Shown piece after piece: positions 38,256-48,431 of a stretch of DNA of 64,000 bases. The stretch lies in NCBI GenBank assembly GCA_025920425.1, contig JAPDLS010000001.1, positions 227,449 to 291,448 on the forward strand, read 5' to 3'. The first letter of the stretch is position 1, and the number at the start of each line of letters is the position of its first letter. This DNA comes from Candidatus Haiyanarchaeum thermophilum (lineage in GTDB: Archaea > Nanobdellota > Nanobdellia > JAPDLS01 > Haiyanarchaeaceae). Both the position numbers and the translations under genes were made by a program. A model generated the notes under the pieces. That model did no database searches and was not told the origin of the DNA. It saw only the letters and a list, made by a program, of their open reading frames with translations.

Positions 38256-39202
38256 ATTTTAATAGGCACTACTGTAATCATAAAATTTCCATTTTTTATG
38301 AAGGTATAGTTCAACTCTATTCGAAAATCTAAATTGATAAATGGGCGTAGATCTGGTGGAAGATTGAGTGGAAGGTAAAATTCTGGAGAGGTAGCTAACT
38401 CTATTGCGCTTATGTTCCTACTAAATCCCTCTGAAACCTTTATCCAATTTTCGATTTCCGATGGCATATACTCTTGAGAAGGATAGAATACTGTAATCGA
38501 TAAGTCCCCTTCCACAGTTCCCCTAGCCTCTGGGATCACTGAAAGTGAGAATATCAAATAAGATTCCCTACTTTGGTTGGTAGAAAAAACTACATAGTTA
38601 TCTGGAGTCTTTCCTTCGAATTTGATGGGACTTGGGGTAGAGTAGATTATTGAATTCGAAACCCTGCTGCCTCTTATGAGTTCCTCCTCATTGATTGCAG
38701 TTATCCTATAAATGAACTTTGCCACGTAGTTATACTTCACTGTATAATACATCTGATGGTCATAAACCATTTTCCCTATCTCCTCCTTACTTGGAACTTT
38801 CAATATCCAAAAGAAATCTATTATTTCTCCGGGCATGATACCTTCCATACAATGCGTCCTCACTTCTTTACCATCATCACAAGTATATCCGTAAGGACTA
38901 CCTTTTCTCCTCTCAGATGGATTACTATACTCCTTCCCTCCCTCTACTATTCGGAAAGGTTCTACATTTTCTAGGCTTACTATGACACTCGTAGCATTTC
39001 CTCCCAGTGCATTGTTCATTATCGTAATTACTACAAAAGTATTTGTGTCTGGAGCTACCCTACTTATTTTAGAACCAGCGAACAATACTTTGATGTCCTC
39101 ATAACTCTGTGGGATTTCCTCCTTAGCAATACAACCTAAACTAAGGAGTAATATGAGTAAATAGAAAAAAATGCTGAAGTGATTGCGGATTCTTCTCCTC
39201 AT
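38252..39202 (-). CDS. putative lipoprotein, paralogue family A (gene 3 of surface operon)
   Basis: 316 aa. Signal peptide plus lipobox-like LLLSLGC|I, beta-rich CARDB/DUF11-like strands (TFVVITIMNNALGGNATSVIVSLENVEPF). Confidence 0.4.
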   Translation of the reverse strand: MRRRIRNHFSIFFYLLILLLSLGCIAKEEIPQSYEDIKVLFAGSKISRVAPDTNTFVVITIMNNALGGNATSVIVSLENVEPFRIVEGGKEYSNPSERRKGSPYGYTCDDGKEVRTHCMEGIMPGEIIDFFWILKVPSKEEIGKMVYDHQMYYTVKYNYVAKFIYRITAINEEELIRGSRVSNSIIYSTPSPIKFEGKTPDNYVVFSTNQSRESYLIFSLSVIPEARGTVEGDLSITVFYPSQEYMPSEIENWIKVSEGFSRNISAIELATSPEFYLPLNLPPDLRPFINLDFRIELNYTFIKNGNFMITVVPIKI

Positions 39203-41745
39203 ATTACACTACAGGATACTGTAGTTTCCCCATAGGTTAAATAGGTGTAGGTGGCTACTGCATATATCAGAAAGCTTTTGAAGACTCTGCTTTCGAGCAG
39301 AGTTTTATTCACTTTAATAGGACAAGTGTATAATTTGAACTCTTTGGGACTTTGAGTGAGTATGTGTAGGTTGTAATTATATAAACTGGTCAAGTTGCTC
39401 AAAATTGAATTCAATTCACCACCAAACTGCCTACAATATGTGCCTGGCGAAATTTTTAGGCTAGTAGTCGCACATTGATACTCTCTCTCCCCCTTTCTGA
39501 AAGAGAATCTCACAGTAATTGGACTTCCTGCCTTGAGGAAGGTTTTGGGCGAAGAGAAATTAACACTTTTTATCTCAATCTTTTCTCTACTTAAGTTTGA
39601 TACTTCCAGCCTATCTAAAGTTTTGCTCTCATTGTAGTTTAAGCTCTGAGATAAAACATCAATCCTCACGTATAACAAAGTGGTCGAATTCCCATTTGTC
39701 CAAGGTTTGAAGAACAAATATCCATCCTCGTGGAATGAAATGTCAAGAAATGAAATGTCTCCTCCTCCGCACGAGTTGATATCTTCTCTCACTTCCTTCT
39801 CCTTACAGTTACCGACCACTTCATCTAGTGTTACTGCACTAAAATCTCCCTCTGGTAAACAATTACCCAATTCTCTGGGAAGTAGTAGATAATAACTAGT
39901 GGGAGTTACCTCTCCACTAGCTATATCTGCCCTCCCACTAGAGACGAAGATATACATCGTCCTATTTTCCTCACTTAAATCTATCGGTTGGGGTTCAGTA
40001 TTTATGTTGAGTTTGATTGGGCCAAGGGTAACAATGGCTGGAACTTCAGATTTAGTGAGGAAACCTAAGTCTTGTAAGCTCCAAGAGTAATTTTGTTCTA
40101 TGAAAGTAATCGGCAACCTAGAAAAGGAGTAGAGGTCCATCTTTACTCCAATTCTCAACACACAGCTCAACGAACTTATTTCAGTATTTTTGGGTTTTAT
40201 ATTCGTAACACAACTGTATTGATAACCTTGCTTCGGTCTGAGTACAAGTGTTTTATTACACTCAGGGAAGACTTCAAGTTCCTCTAAACAAGTCCAATGA
40301 GTAAGAGCAAATGCTGTTAACCAATCAGCCATCCACTGGCTATAAGGATTTATTAAAGATGCTTGGATCTGAATTGGGTAGTTGGCTATGTTCTCTATCT
40401 TAGCTATTACAGAAAAGTTCTTTCCACAGTAGGTAGCTCCGTAGCTCTTGAATTCAGAGATCCTAACCCCAGAAGTAGGCATGAGTTCAGGAGTGGAACC
40501 TTTACACTCTATTCCATATACATCACACCATAAGGTTTCATATTGGGCTTGTACCTGCTCCAAATATTTTCTATAATCCAAGGTTTTATAGAGATCTGCT
40601 AAGCTCCAAGAAAGGCTCCAAGTCCAGCCAATTTTCCAACCGATCACTGGAAGGATAGGTTGAATTTGTATGTTGATTATAGGAAGGATGGCTGGAAAAA
40701 TCCAGAAAATTAGAATGAAAGTTGGAACTAGTGAGAGGAAAAAACTTACCCAGCCTTTTGGTATTATTGCCCCAAAAATGGAATAGAAGATGAAAGTGAA
40801 GATCATTCCTCCAAGCACACCGAATAGTGGATAACCAATCCCATAGCCTGTAGCAAATGGTCCTCCCACCTGAGGAGCTGGAGCGCTCATAGCTCCTATC
40901 GCGATACTGCCGGTGAGTATAAGAAAGGTAAAAAGAAGTATTGAGAGATAGAGCAACGCAGGAACCGCCCCTCCAGTTTTTTTAGGTAATCCATATTTCA
41001 GATCAGAAATTCCTAGATACACATACAATATCGAAACTATGAGAATTAAGAGTATAAATGGAATAATTACCATGAGACTAAATCCCCCAGCACTATACAA
41101 AAAGTAACCTCCTATTCCTACTAGTGCAAAGCCTATAATGAGGAAAAAAATTTTGAATCTCTCATATACTGTAGAAATTTCCTCTCTGCTTCTTTCCAAC
41201 CAACCTCTTACTCGCTTAATTCCCCACTTCTTTCGCCTTCCCAATAATTTTTCATATTCTACTCTCCCCGCTAGCGATGGAAAGATCAAGATGTAAATGC
41301 CAAGAATAATAAGGAATATATAGGAAGTATATGCTCTTGCTGCAGCCATCCAGGGATACAAGTAAGTCATTGAGACAAAGGCAACGAAGCTAGCGATGAT
41401 AATCCTAGATAATACATTCCCTATTGACCATTTCCTCTCATATTCTTTCCTCAACTCATGATCTCCACCACTAGCTCTCCTAGCTATATCTTTTCCCCTT
41501 AGGATTGCTAATGGTAAGAAGATGAGGGAGAAGAATACTATGAACGGAATTACTAATTCAAAATAGTTAATAGGTATACCTCCCCAAGCAGCATAAAAGG
41601 AGAGGATAAAAATAATAGGATAATAAATCCAGTCTGGTACTTCTTTTGTTATGTCCTCCCTCCTCTTCTCCTTCATCTCCTTCAGGAGTTCCTTGTAATA
41701 TTCCTCTACTGAGGGAGGATAAGGTGGAGGAGGTGGAGATTGCAT
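39199..41745 (-). CDS. large polytopic membrane protein with ~430-aa cysteine-rich extracellular C-terminal domain (gene 2 of surface operon)
   Basis: 848 aa. Pro-rich cytoplasmic start (MQSPPPPPYPP), ~10 predicted TM helices over residues ~40-420, then a soluble domain with >15 Cys and >10 N-glycosylation sequons. Confidence 0.45.
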   Translation of the reverse strand: MQSPPPPPYPPSVEEYYKELLKEMKEKRREDITKEVPDWIYYPIIFILSFYAAWGGIPINYFELVIPFIVFFSLIFLPLAILRGKDIARRASGGDHELRKEYERKWSIGNVLSRIIIASFVAFVSMTYLYPWMAAARAYTSYIFLIILGIYILIFPSLAGRVEYEKLLGRRKKWGIKRVRGWLERSREEISTVYERFKIFFLIIGFALVGIGGYFLYSAGGFSLMVIIPFILLILIVSILYVYLGISDLKYGLPKKTGGAVPALLYLSILLFTFLILTGSIAIGAMSAPAPQVGGPFATGYGIGYPLFGVLGGMIFTFIFYSIFGAIIPKGWVSFFLSLVPTFILIFWIFPAILPIINIQIQPILPVIGWKIGWTWSLSWSLADLYKTLDYRKYLEQVQAQYETLWCDVYGIECKGSTPELMPTSGVRISEFKSYGATYCGKNFSVIAKIENIANYPIQIQASLINPYSQWMADWLTAFALTHWTCLEELEVFPECNKTLVLRPKQGYQYSCVTNIKPKNTEISSLSCVLRIGVKMDLYSFSRLPITFIEQNYSWSLQDLGFLTKSEVPAIVTLGPIKLNINTEPQPIDLSEENRTMYIFVSSGRADIASGEVTPTSYYLLLPRELGNCLPEGDFSAVTLDEVVGNCKEKEVREDINSCGGGDISFLDISFHEDGYLFFKPWTNGNSTTLLYVRIDVLSQSLNYNESKTLDRLEVSNLSREKIEIKSVNFSSPKTFLKAGSPITVRFSFRKGEREYQCATTSLKISPGTYCRQFGGELNSILSNLTSLYNYNLHILTQSPKEFKLYTCPIKVNKTLLESRVFKSFLIYAVATYTYLTYGETTVSCSVI

Positions 41746-41747
41746 TT

Positions 41748-42902
41748 TTACTCAATCAAGATCTTCAAATCTGAAATTCTAAATTTGCCTGATGGGGCAT
41801 ACAGCCTCAACGTATTCCTCCCCACTACTAAATCCTCCTTCCCAAATTCTATAGTAATTAAGTCTAGTGTCCTGCCTGAGGCTACGTAAATGTGCTTATT
41901 GGTCTCAAGGAGGTGAATCCAAAGAGTACCTGGAATCTCCACATCAGTTATTCTCATTAATAACTTCACTTTCTTTTGGATGAGCTCAGTCTTATTTAGA
42001 GAAAAAGTAAAGCTCTCTTCCCTCTTCATCTCTCTCCCAAAAAGAGTAACAAGTGTTACTGCTCTAACATGAATTTCGGAATTATCTCCTGCTGAAAGCT
42101 TGAGGATATGCCTTCCTTCTCCCAATCCTATTTCACTCAAATAGATGCTGAAATTATACTGCGTATATGGAGTCACTTTTTCCACACTCATGATCTTCTT
42201 CTCATCTATGAATAAACTAAAAGCTCCTGTTGCCTCTCCAGTATGTACAAATATTTTGAGTATTTCGGCCTCATCTCCTCTGCTTAAATAAAAACTTAAG
42301 CTCTTCTCTGGATTATATGTAAATTCTTGGGTTCTCATGATCTCCACTTCATAACTGCAGCTCTGATAGAGGGCTAAACCCTGAAAGATACAATACACAT
42401 ACAGCTCATTTGTAGCTTGGATTGGCTCAAATTTGTAGTAAAACTCCTCTCCGACCTCCATTGACTTTTCTAAGATGTTCTGGTTGTTTAGTACAAGTTT
42501 GACGGTTGGAGTTGAATCCTTCCCAATTAACTTTATCTTGATATGAATTTCCCTCGTATTTTCATCTATTTGAGTTATGGAGTATTTTTTGTATGGAGAA
42601 CCAAAGATAGCAGAAAGAATATTCGATGAGAGGCTCAATTTTTCCTGAAGCAGGGTCTCATTCCTAGTAGTCCTACTCAAAACAAAGCCCTCTGGAAAGG
42701 TTTTTCTCCACTTTTCTTCCCCATCAGCTCCACCTATTACCAGCTCCTCTGCCAAGCTAATTATTTTCCCCTTAGGGGCTGTGGTTGGTGTGGTAAGGTT
42801 TAGGTACTCCCTCTTCACCGATGGGGAGACTGCAATGAGGAAGAAAAGGATGATCCCTAGCATTACTAAGATAATTATGGGGACTGCAAGCTGAGACCTC
42901 AT
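41748..42902 (-). CDS. N-terminally anchored or secreted envelope protein (gene 1 of 5-gene surface operon)
   Basis: 384 aa. N-terminal hydrophobic segment AVPIIILVMLGIILFFLIAV, then a beta-rich domain with many NxS/T sequons. No recognisable catalytic motif. Confidence 0.4.
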   Translation of the reverse strand: MRSQLAVPIIILVMLGIILFFLIAVSPSVKREYLNLTTPTTAPKGKIISLAEELVIGGADGEEKWRKTFPEGFVLSRTTRNETLLQEKLSLSSNILSAIFGSPYKKYSITQIDENTREIHIKIKLIGKDSTPTVKLVLNNQNILEKSMEVGEEFYYKFEPIQATNELYVYCIFQGLALYQSCSYEVEIMRTQEFTYNPEKSLSFYLSRGDEAEILKIFVHTGEATGAFSLFIDEKKIMSVEKVTPYTQYNFSIYLSEIGLGEGRHILKLSAGDNSEIHVRAVTLVTLFGREMKREESFTFSLNKTELIQKKVKLLMRITDVEIPGTLWIHLLETNKHIYVASGRTLDLITIEFGKEDLVVGRNTLRLYAPSGKFRISDLKILIE

Positions 42903-42980
42903 TTTCTACTACAAAATTGTAATCCTATTTAAATCTTTTTTATTCAAAAGTTTTTTATCAGCTCCACCTATTTTAATCAT

Positions 42981-45206
42981 GTGAAGATAACTGAACTCAA
43001 GAAACTTTTACCTCCTCCTCTTTTTGAGAAAGTTAGACTTAGAGGATTTGCTGAGCTCACCCCTCCCCAGAGAAAGGCCATAAAGAGCGGAATATTAAAT
43101 GGAGAAAATATAGTTATATCTTCCCCAACAGCCTCAGGTAAGACCTTCGCAGCTGAGCTGGCATGCTTGAAGAACATAATAGAGGAGAAAAGGAAGGCCC
43201 TTTATGTTGTCCCATTGAAAGCCTTAGCTGTAGAAAAGTATGAGGAATTCAGCAAAATTTATGGAGATCTGGTAAGGGTAGCTATCTCGATAGGAGATCT
43301 GGACTCAAGTGATCCATGGCTTGAGAAGTACGATTTGATCATAGTCACATCTGAAAAGCTAGACAGTCTCATTCGGCATGGAGCCATATGGCTGAAAGAG
43401 GTAAAAACCCTTGTTTTGGATGAAATCCATTTGCTTGATGATTATGCCAGAGGGCCAGTGTTGGAGATCCTAGTAGCTAAGCTGAGAAAACTCGTGGATG
43501 ATCTCCAGATCATAGCTCTCTCCGCTACCATCCGAAATGCTAGGGAAATTGCTGAATGGCTCGATGCTAAATTAGTAACAAGTGATTTCAGACCTGTGAA
43601 GTTGTATGAATGCATTTTTCATGACTCGTCTCTATGCTATTGGGATAATGGTAAGCTTTGGAAGGAGGAAAAGATCGAGAAAAAGTATGATAGAGCAGAC
43701 CTCGTTCTCATCGAACATTTTGTGAGGATGGGAAAGCAAGTACTAATCTTCCTCAGCTCAAGGAGATTCGCTGAAGCTCTCGCGAAGAAGGCTTCGAAGC
43801 TTGTAACCAAATACCTAAGTGAAGGGGAAAAGGCCAAACTTGCAGAAATAAGTGATTATGTGCTCAACTACTTAGAAAGACCTACCAAGCAGTGTGAGGC
43901 ATTAAGTGAATGTGTAAAGCATGGATGCGCATTCCATCATGCTGGAGTCGTAAGAGGGCAACTCAAATTGATCGAAGATGCCTTTAGAGATAGGATTCTT
44001 AAAGTAATTTGCTGCACTCCCACCCTCAGCTTGGGAGTAAATATTCCAAGCTTCTGTTCAATAGTAAGGGACCTCAAGCGCTATGATGAGGAGTTCGGGT
44101 ATGATTGGATTAAAACCCTCGAATGGAAACAATACATTGGGAGGAGTGGAAGACCAGGACTAGAAGAATATGGGCTAGGAATAGCAATAGTCCATACCAA
44201 AGGGGAGGTAGATGAAATCTTAGAGCGCTACATTCTTGGTGAACCTGAAGCAATCTACTCTAAGCTCTCATCCCAGCCAGTACTTAGGATGCATGTGTTA
44301 GCTTTGATCGCAGACCTCTTCATAAGAAATACAAATGAGATCGATGAATTCTTCAGACATACTTTCTACGCCCATCAATTTGGGGATCTTGAGGAGATAA
44401 GAAAAAATGTGTTGGAAGTGATAGAACAGCTGAAGAACTGGGGATTCATAGAAGTGAAGAAGAATAAATTACTTGTAACCAGAATAGGGAAGAGAGTGAG
44501 CGAACTTTATATAGACCCCTTATCAGCGCATAAGATGATAATGGGTATGCAGAGCTCGGAAGGAAAAGAGCTCTCAGAGCTCTCCTACCTCCAGTTACTC
44601 TGCACCACGACCGAAGCCAAACCCTTACTTAAGCTGAGGAGTAAAGATGTCCCTGAGCTTAATTCAAAACTAGTTGAATATGAAGACTTAATCATCTCCG
44701 AGATTCCCGAGATCTGGAGTTATGAGTATGAGGATTTTCTGAGGTCATTCAAAACTGCACTCATGTTCTTGGATTGGATCGAGGAAAAAACTGAGGATGA
44801 GATCTTAGAGAAGTATAATGTCGCTCCTGGGGAGCTTAGAAGCAGATTGGTGAACATGGATTGGCTCCTTTACGCAATTCGTGAGCTCATCCTCCTCTTG
44901 GGAATGAAGGAAAGAGTAAAGGAACTTACCAAGCTAAGATTGAGGATGGAGCACGGAGTGAAGGAGGAACTACTAAGTTTAGTGAGATTTAGAGGAATTG
45001 GAAGGGTAAGGGCTAGGATCCTCTGGAACGCTATGATAAGAAGCAGTAGGGATGTAAAAAAATGTAGTTATGAGAAATTGGCCTCATTGATAGGCCCAAA
45101 GATCGCTAAGCAGCTCAAAGAACAAGTGGGTGAAAGGATACATGAGGAAAGAGGGGAGAAACTAATTAAAACTCAATTGGAATTATTTGACTTTGAGGGG
45201 TCGTAG
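42981..45206 (+). CDS. hel308: Hel308/Hjm-type Ski2-like DNA helicase
   Basis: 741 aa. Walker A SPTASGKT, DEIH box, two RecA domains, winged helix, ratchet and C-terminal HhH domain (RFRGIGRVRARIL). Confidence 0.8.
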   Translation: MKITELKKLLPPPLFEKVRLRGFAELTPPQRKAIKSGILNGENIVISSPTASGKTFAAELACLKNIIEEKRKALYVVPLKALAVEKYEEFSKIYGDLVRVAISIGDLDSSDPWLEKYDLIIVTSEKLDSLIRHGAIWLKEVKTLVLDEIHLLDDYARGPVLEILVAKLRKLVDDLQIIALSATIRNAREIAEWLDAKLVTSDFRPVKLYECIFHDSSLCYWDNGKLWKEEKIEKKYDRADLVLIEHFVRMGKQVLIFLSSRRFAEALAKKASKLVTKYLSEGEKAKLAEISDYVLNYLERPTKQCEALSECVKHGCAFHHAGVVRGQLKLIEDAFRDRILKVICCTPTLSLGVNIPSFCSIVRDLKRYDEEFGYDWIKTLEWKQYIGRSGRPGLEEYGLGIAIVHTKGEVDEILERYILGEPEAIYSKLSSQPVLRMHVLALIADLFIRNTNEIDEFFRHTFYAHQFGDLEEIRKNVLEVIEQLKNWGFIEVKKNKLLVTRIGKRVSELYIDPLSAHKMIMGMQSSEGKELSELSYLQLLCTTTEAKPLLKLRSKDVPELNSKLVEYEDLIISEIPEIWSYEYEDFLRSFKTALMFLDWIEEKTEDEILEKYNVAPGELRSRLVNMDWLLYAIRELILLLGMKERVKELTKLRLRMEHGVKEELLSLVRFRGIGRVRARILWNAMIRSSRDVKKCSYEKLASLIGPKIAKQLKEQVGERIHEERGEKLIKTQLELFDFEGS

Positions 45207-46028
45207 TTCAGCTTGGGAGAATGCTGGCTTCGGGAGCCAGTGGTCCTGGGTTCGAATCCCAGCGACCCCACTCCCCACCTTTAGGAATTCATAGATAAAG
45301 ATTCTGAATCTAGGAATGGCCTTCCACTTTCTCTTGAAGCAAATTACCCCAGAATCACAACCCCAACCTATGTCTAACCACTTATACTTGTTTTGTTTAG
45401 CATAAATTATCTCTGCGTACATAAGGAAATCGGCCACATATTTATATGGAAGATAGAAGCCATATGGAACTATCATTACTGTATCTGTAAAATCCACCAA
45501 ATCGAAGCCGATTAACCTATTACCTCTATAAGCGTTGAAGAGGAGTGGAGATGGAAATTTCTTCAAATATTCTGAGATCCTCATAAAGCACCATTTATCC
45601 CAATCCTCGAATTTTATCCTCTCCATACAATTTGCAATTATATAGGAATGGGCGCAGGTGAAATCTTTGCTTATTACTAATTTAAATTTCTCTTTTGCCT
45701 TTTCCACAACATATCTCAACCCCTTATACTCCCTCCCCCTAAATTTTTCATCGAATCCATCAAGGGGAATTTGGTAATCTTCCTCCTCTACACTCCTCTT
45801 TAAGAGATAACCAAAGCACTCGAGCTCTACATTTAGTGGGGATGTGGAGGAGATATAAAGCATTCTTGGGGAGAATGTGAGAATAACCTCTCTTATACAA
45901 TCTTTCCAATCTTCCTTGAGATGAATCAAATCTACCCATATTCTCCCAGTAGCTTGATCGCGATAGATAATATAATTCTCTTTATAGCTTAAGGTTTCAC
46001 CCATGAGGATAGAACCTAATGCAATCAA
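45183..46028 (-). CDS. hypothetical protein (possible GNAT/FemAB-like fold); 3' end reads antisense through tRNA-Pro
   Basis: 281 aa ORF. C-terminal ~25 codons are the reverse complement of the tRNA-Pro(CGG) gene. Weak resemblance to acyltransferase C-termini (LDIGWGCDSGVICFKRKWKAIP). Confidence 0.3.
   Translation of the reverse strand: MIALGSILMGETLSYKENYIIYRDQATGRIWVDLIHLKEDWKDCIREVILTFSPRMLYISSTSPLNVELECFGYLLKRSVEEEDYQIPLDGFDEKFRGREYKGLRYVVEKAKEKFKLVISKDFTCAHSYIIANCMERIKFEDWDKWCFMRISEYLKKFPSPLLFNAYRGNRLIGFDLVDFTDTVMIVPYGFYLPYKYVADFLMYAEIIYAKQNKYKWLDIGWGCDSGVICFKRKWKAIPRFRIFIYEFLKVGSGVAGIRTQDHWLPKPAFSQAELRPLKVK
45198..45271 (+). tRNA. tRNA-Pro (anticodon CGG)
   Basis: GGGGTCG/CGACCCC acceptor plus A. 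Anticodon loop UUCGGGA. T-arm CTGGGTTCGAATCCCAG. Overlaps the last 9 nt of hel308. Confidence 0.8.
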
Positions 46029-46158
46029 TTCCTCCTCAAAATTCCCCTCTCTTTGTCGCTCTAAGATTTCTTTCTCACTTAATTTGCGGAAATGTGACGG
46101 ATCTGCCTCTTCGATAAGCAGGTCCCCAAGATGTTCCTCTTTTTTCTTGTTTAAAAGC

Positions 46159-46407
46159 TTATCTCCACAGATTTGTTAAACATAAGTAGTAAATCAACAT
46201 CATTAGTAGGACTAACAGAGTTATGAGGAGAACAGTCCATAGAGCTTCTCTCGAAGTGGCAAATCCTATAGGAATTGGGCCGATGAGGAAAACGACTCCA
46301 ACCTCACTCTTAGATTTTCTAACATTTGCTATTATCCCGACTGCGGTAAGGAATATGCCAAGCAGGATTGCTGTAATGCCTAATTTCATCAAAGTCTCGG
46401 CTTCCAT
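46159..46407 (-). CDS. small two-TM membrane protein
   Basis: 82 aa with two hydrophobic helices. Directly downstream of proS with a 2-nt gap. Confidence 0.3.
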   Translation of the reverse strand: MEAETLMKLGITAILLGIFLTAVGIIANVRKSKSEVGVVFLIGPIPIGFATSREALWTVLLITLLVLLMMLIYYLCLTNLWR

Positions 46408-46409
46408 TT

Positions 46410-47858
46410 CTAGTAGGACTTAGCCAAATATACTACTGCTTTCGCCTTTTTACCGCACCACACGCATTTACCACTTGGCTCTTCTACTTTGTCAGCCAAT
46501 GTACCTTTCACCTCTAATCCATTTGTCTCTTCTTTAAGCTTCCTCGCACATTCTTCCTCATTGCAAAAGTTAACTCTAATAAATCCTCTCTTCTCGTTCA
46601 TTAGTTTGAGCAGCTCTTCTTTGCTATGGGCTTCTGAAATCATGCTCCTGAAAACTTCTTCCGCCCTCCTTCTTAGGTTCTCTAGCATCTCTTTACTCAA
46701 TGCTAGAATGCTTTCCACTAGCTTATCATCTTCTACTTTGATCTTGGAAAAGTTATCTCTTCTAAAAACTGTCACAAAATTCCCATCGACCTCATTGATA
46801 CCTATTTCTAACCTAAATGGAACTCCTAACATCTCCCAGTGATTGAACTTTTCTCCAGGAGTCTTTTCAGAGTCATCTATCTTCACCCTAAACTCCTTCA
46901 ACTTCCGAGCAATATTTGAACACTTCCTCAGTACTTTCTCTTTCTCATCTTCAGAGTAGAAGATAGGTATAATTACTACTTGAATTGGTGAGAATTCAAA
47001 TGGATAAATTAACCCCTTATCATCTCCGTGGATGCTCACTAGGGCTGCAAAGATCCTCCACACACCTGGTCCATAGCATGTCTGCCATACATACTTCCAC
47101 TCCCCATTCCTATCCACAAATTTTATGTCAAATGCTTTTGAAAATCTCTGCCCAAGATCATGGGTTGATGCTATCTGAAGAGATCTTCCATCAGGCATTA
47201 TAGTATCTGCAGCATAAGTATCCTCAGCTCCCTTGAACTTATCCCAATGAGGTCTCTTAAAGTAGATGAAAGGTATGGCTAGTTTATTAGTAATTACTTC
47301 TCTAGAAATCTCCATGTCCTCCCTAATTTGTTTGAGAGCATCCTCATGCTCTCTGAATGCATCATGGGCCTCTATGAAAATAAACTCCCTTCCCCGAATG
47401 AATGGCCTGGTGACATGCTCATATCTATAAACTGTCACCGACTGGTAGATTTTGAGAGGAAGATCTGTATAACTCTGAATCCAAAGTGAGAACATTGGAT
47501 AAATTGCTGTCTCAGATGTAGGTCTCAAAGCTAGTCTTCGGGAGAGCTTCCTCTCCCCTGCTTCTGTGATGAAAAATACTTGAGGCTTAAATCCTGTATG
47601 CTCCTCCTCCTTGACCAAATTTTCCTCTGGGATTACTAGTGGAAATAAAGCTACCTCGTGTCCTCTCTTCTCAAGCTCCTCCTCGAAGGCCTGAATTATT
47701 TTGCGGATTACGAAGAATGACCATGGTCTGTGCACGATAAAGCCTTGAACAGGATAACGAATGTCGGCAAGTCCACATTTCTCTACCACCTCGCTAAACC
47801 ACTCAGAAAAATTTTCGGACTTTTTATATCTTATCCCAAGTAATTCCTCCCTCTTCAT
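46410..47858 (-). CDS. proS: prolyl-tRNA synthetase (archaeal/eukaryotic type with C-terminal Zn-binding domain)
   Basis: 482 aa. Class II motifs, anticodon-binding domain, C-terminal CVWCGKKA...Y tail characteristic of archaeal-type ProRS. Confidence 0.85.
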   Translation of the reverse strand: MKREELLGIRYKKSENFSEWFSEVVEKCGLADIRYPVQGFIVHRPWSFFVIRKIIQAFEEELEKRGHEVALFPLVIPEENLVKEEEHTGFKPQVFFITEAGERKLSRRLALRPTSETAIYPMFSLWIQSYTDLPLKIYQSVTVYRYEHVTRPFIRGREFIFIEAHDAFREHEDALKQIREDMEISREVITNKLAIPFIYFKRPHWDKFKGAEDTYAADTIMPDGRSLQIASTHDLGQRFSKAFDIKFVDRNGEWKYVWQTCYGPGVWRIFAALVSIHGDDKGLIYPFEFSPIQVVIIPIFYSEDEKEKVLRKCSNIARKLKEFRVKIDDSEKTPGEKFNHWEMLGVPFRLEIGINEVDGNFVTVFRRDNFSKIKVEDDKLVESILALSKEMLENLRRRAEEVFRSMISEAHSKEELLKLMNEKRGFIRVNFCNEEECARKLKEETNGLEVKGTLADKVEEPSGKCVWCGKKAKAVVYLAKSY

Positions 47859-48382
47859 TTCTTCCCCTTATGTAATAGTCCTCTCATCCTCTTACCAGCT
47901 GCGGTTAGGCCTCGAAATACCCTCCTCCTATGCTGTTTTTCCACTATCCACCCTACATCCTTATCCTTAATTATTGTAGGAGAGTTTGGATCTACCATGA
48001 TCACCTCAAACCATTTATATTTTCCATCTTCAGCTAAGTAATAGCTGTTGAGTACCTCCAAATTTGGAAACTTCCTAGCAGCTCTCTCCTCTGCAATGAG
48101 TCTTAGGCTCTTAGCTGGAGAAAATCTCACCAACCCTGCCTTGCTTGGCTTTCTTCCCCCGCGCTTAGATGGTCTCCTCCTCCCCCCCTTCCTTACTCTA
48201 ACTCTCACTATTACAAATCCCTTCTTCGCTTTGTAGCCTAAGGCTCTGGCCCTATCCAGCCTGGTTGGTTTCTTTACCCTAGTAATGGCCCTCTCCCTCC
48301 TCAATTTGATAAGTAATTCCTTCCATCTCCCACTTCCGATCTCCTCTCTAAATGTCTTAGCCAATTGTTGATAGAGCCCCAT
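47855..48382 (-). CDS. rpl15e: 50S ribosomal protein L15e
   Basis: 175 aa. Highly basic, L15e family pattern ([27 protein letters not shown]). Confidence 0.8.
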   Translation of the reverse strand: MGLYQQLAKTFREEIGSGRWKELLIKLRRERAITRVKKPTRLDRARALGYKAKKGFVIVRVRVRKGGRRRPSKRGGRKPSKAGLVRFSPAKSLRLIAEERAARKFPNLEVLNSYYLAEDGKYKWFEVIMVDPNSPTIIKDKDVGWIVEKQHRRRVFRGLTAAGKRMRGLLHKGKK

Positions 48383-48431
48383 TTTCAGCTAAATTGGGAA
48401 ACCTAACTTAATATTAAATTTTTTCGGAGAA

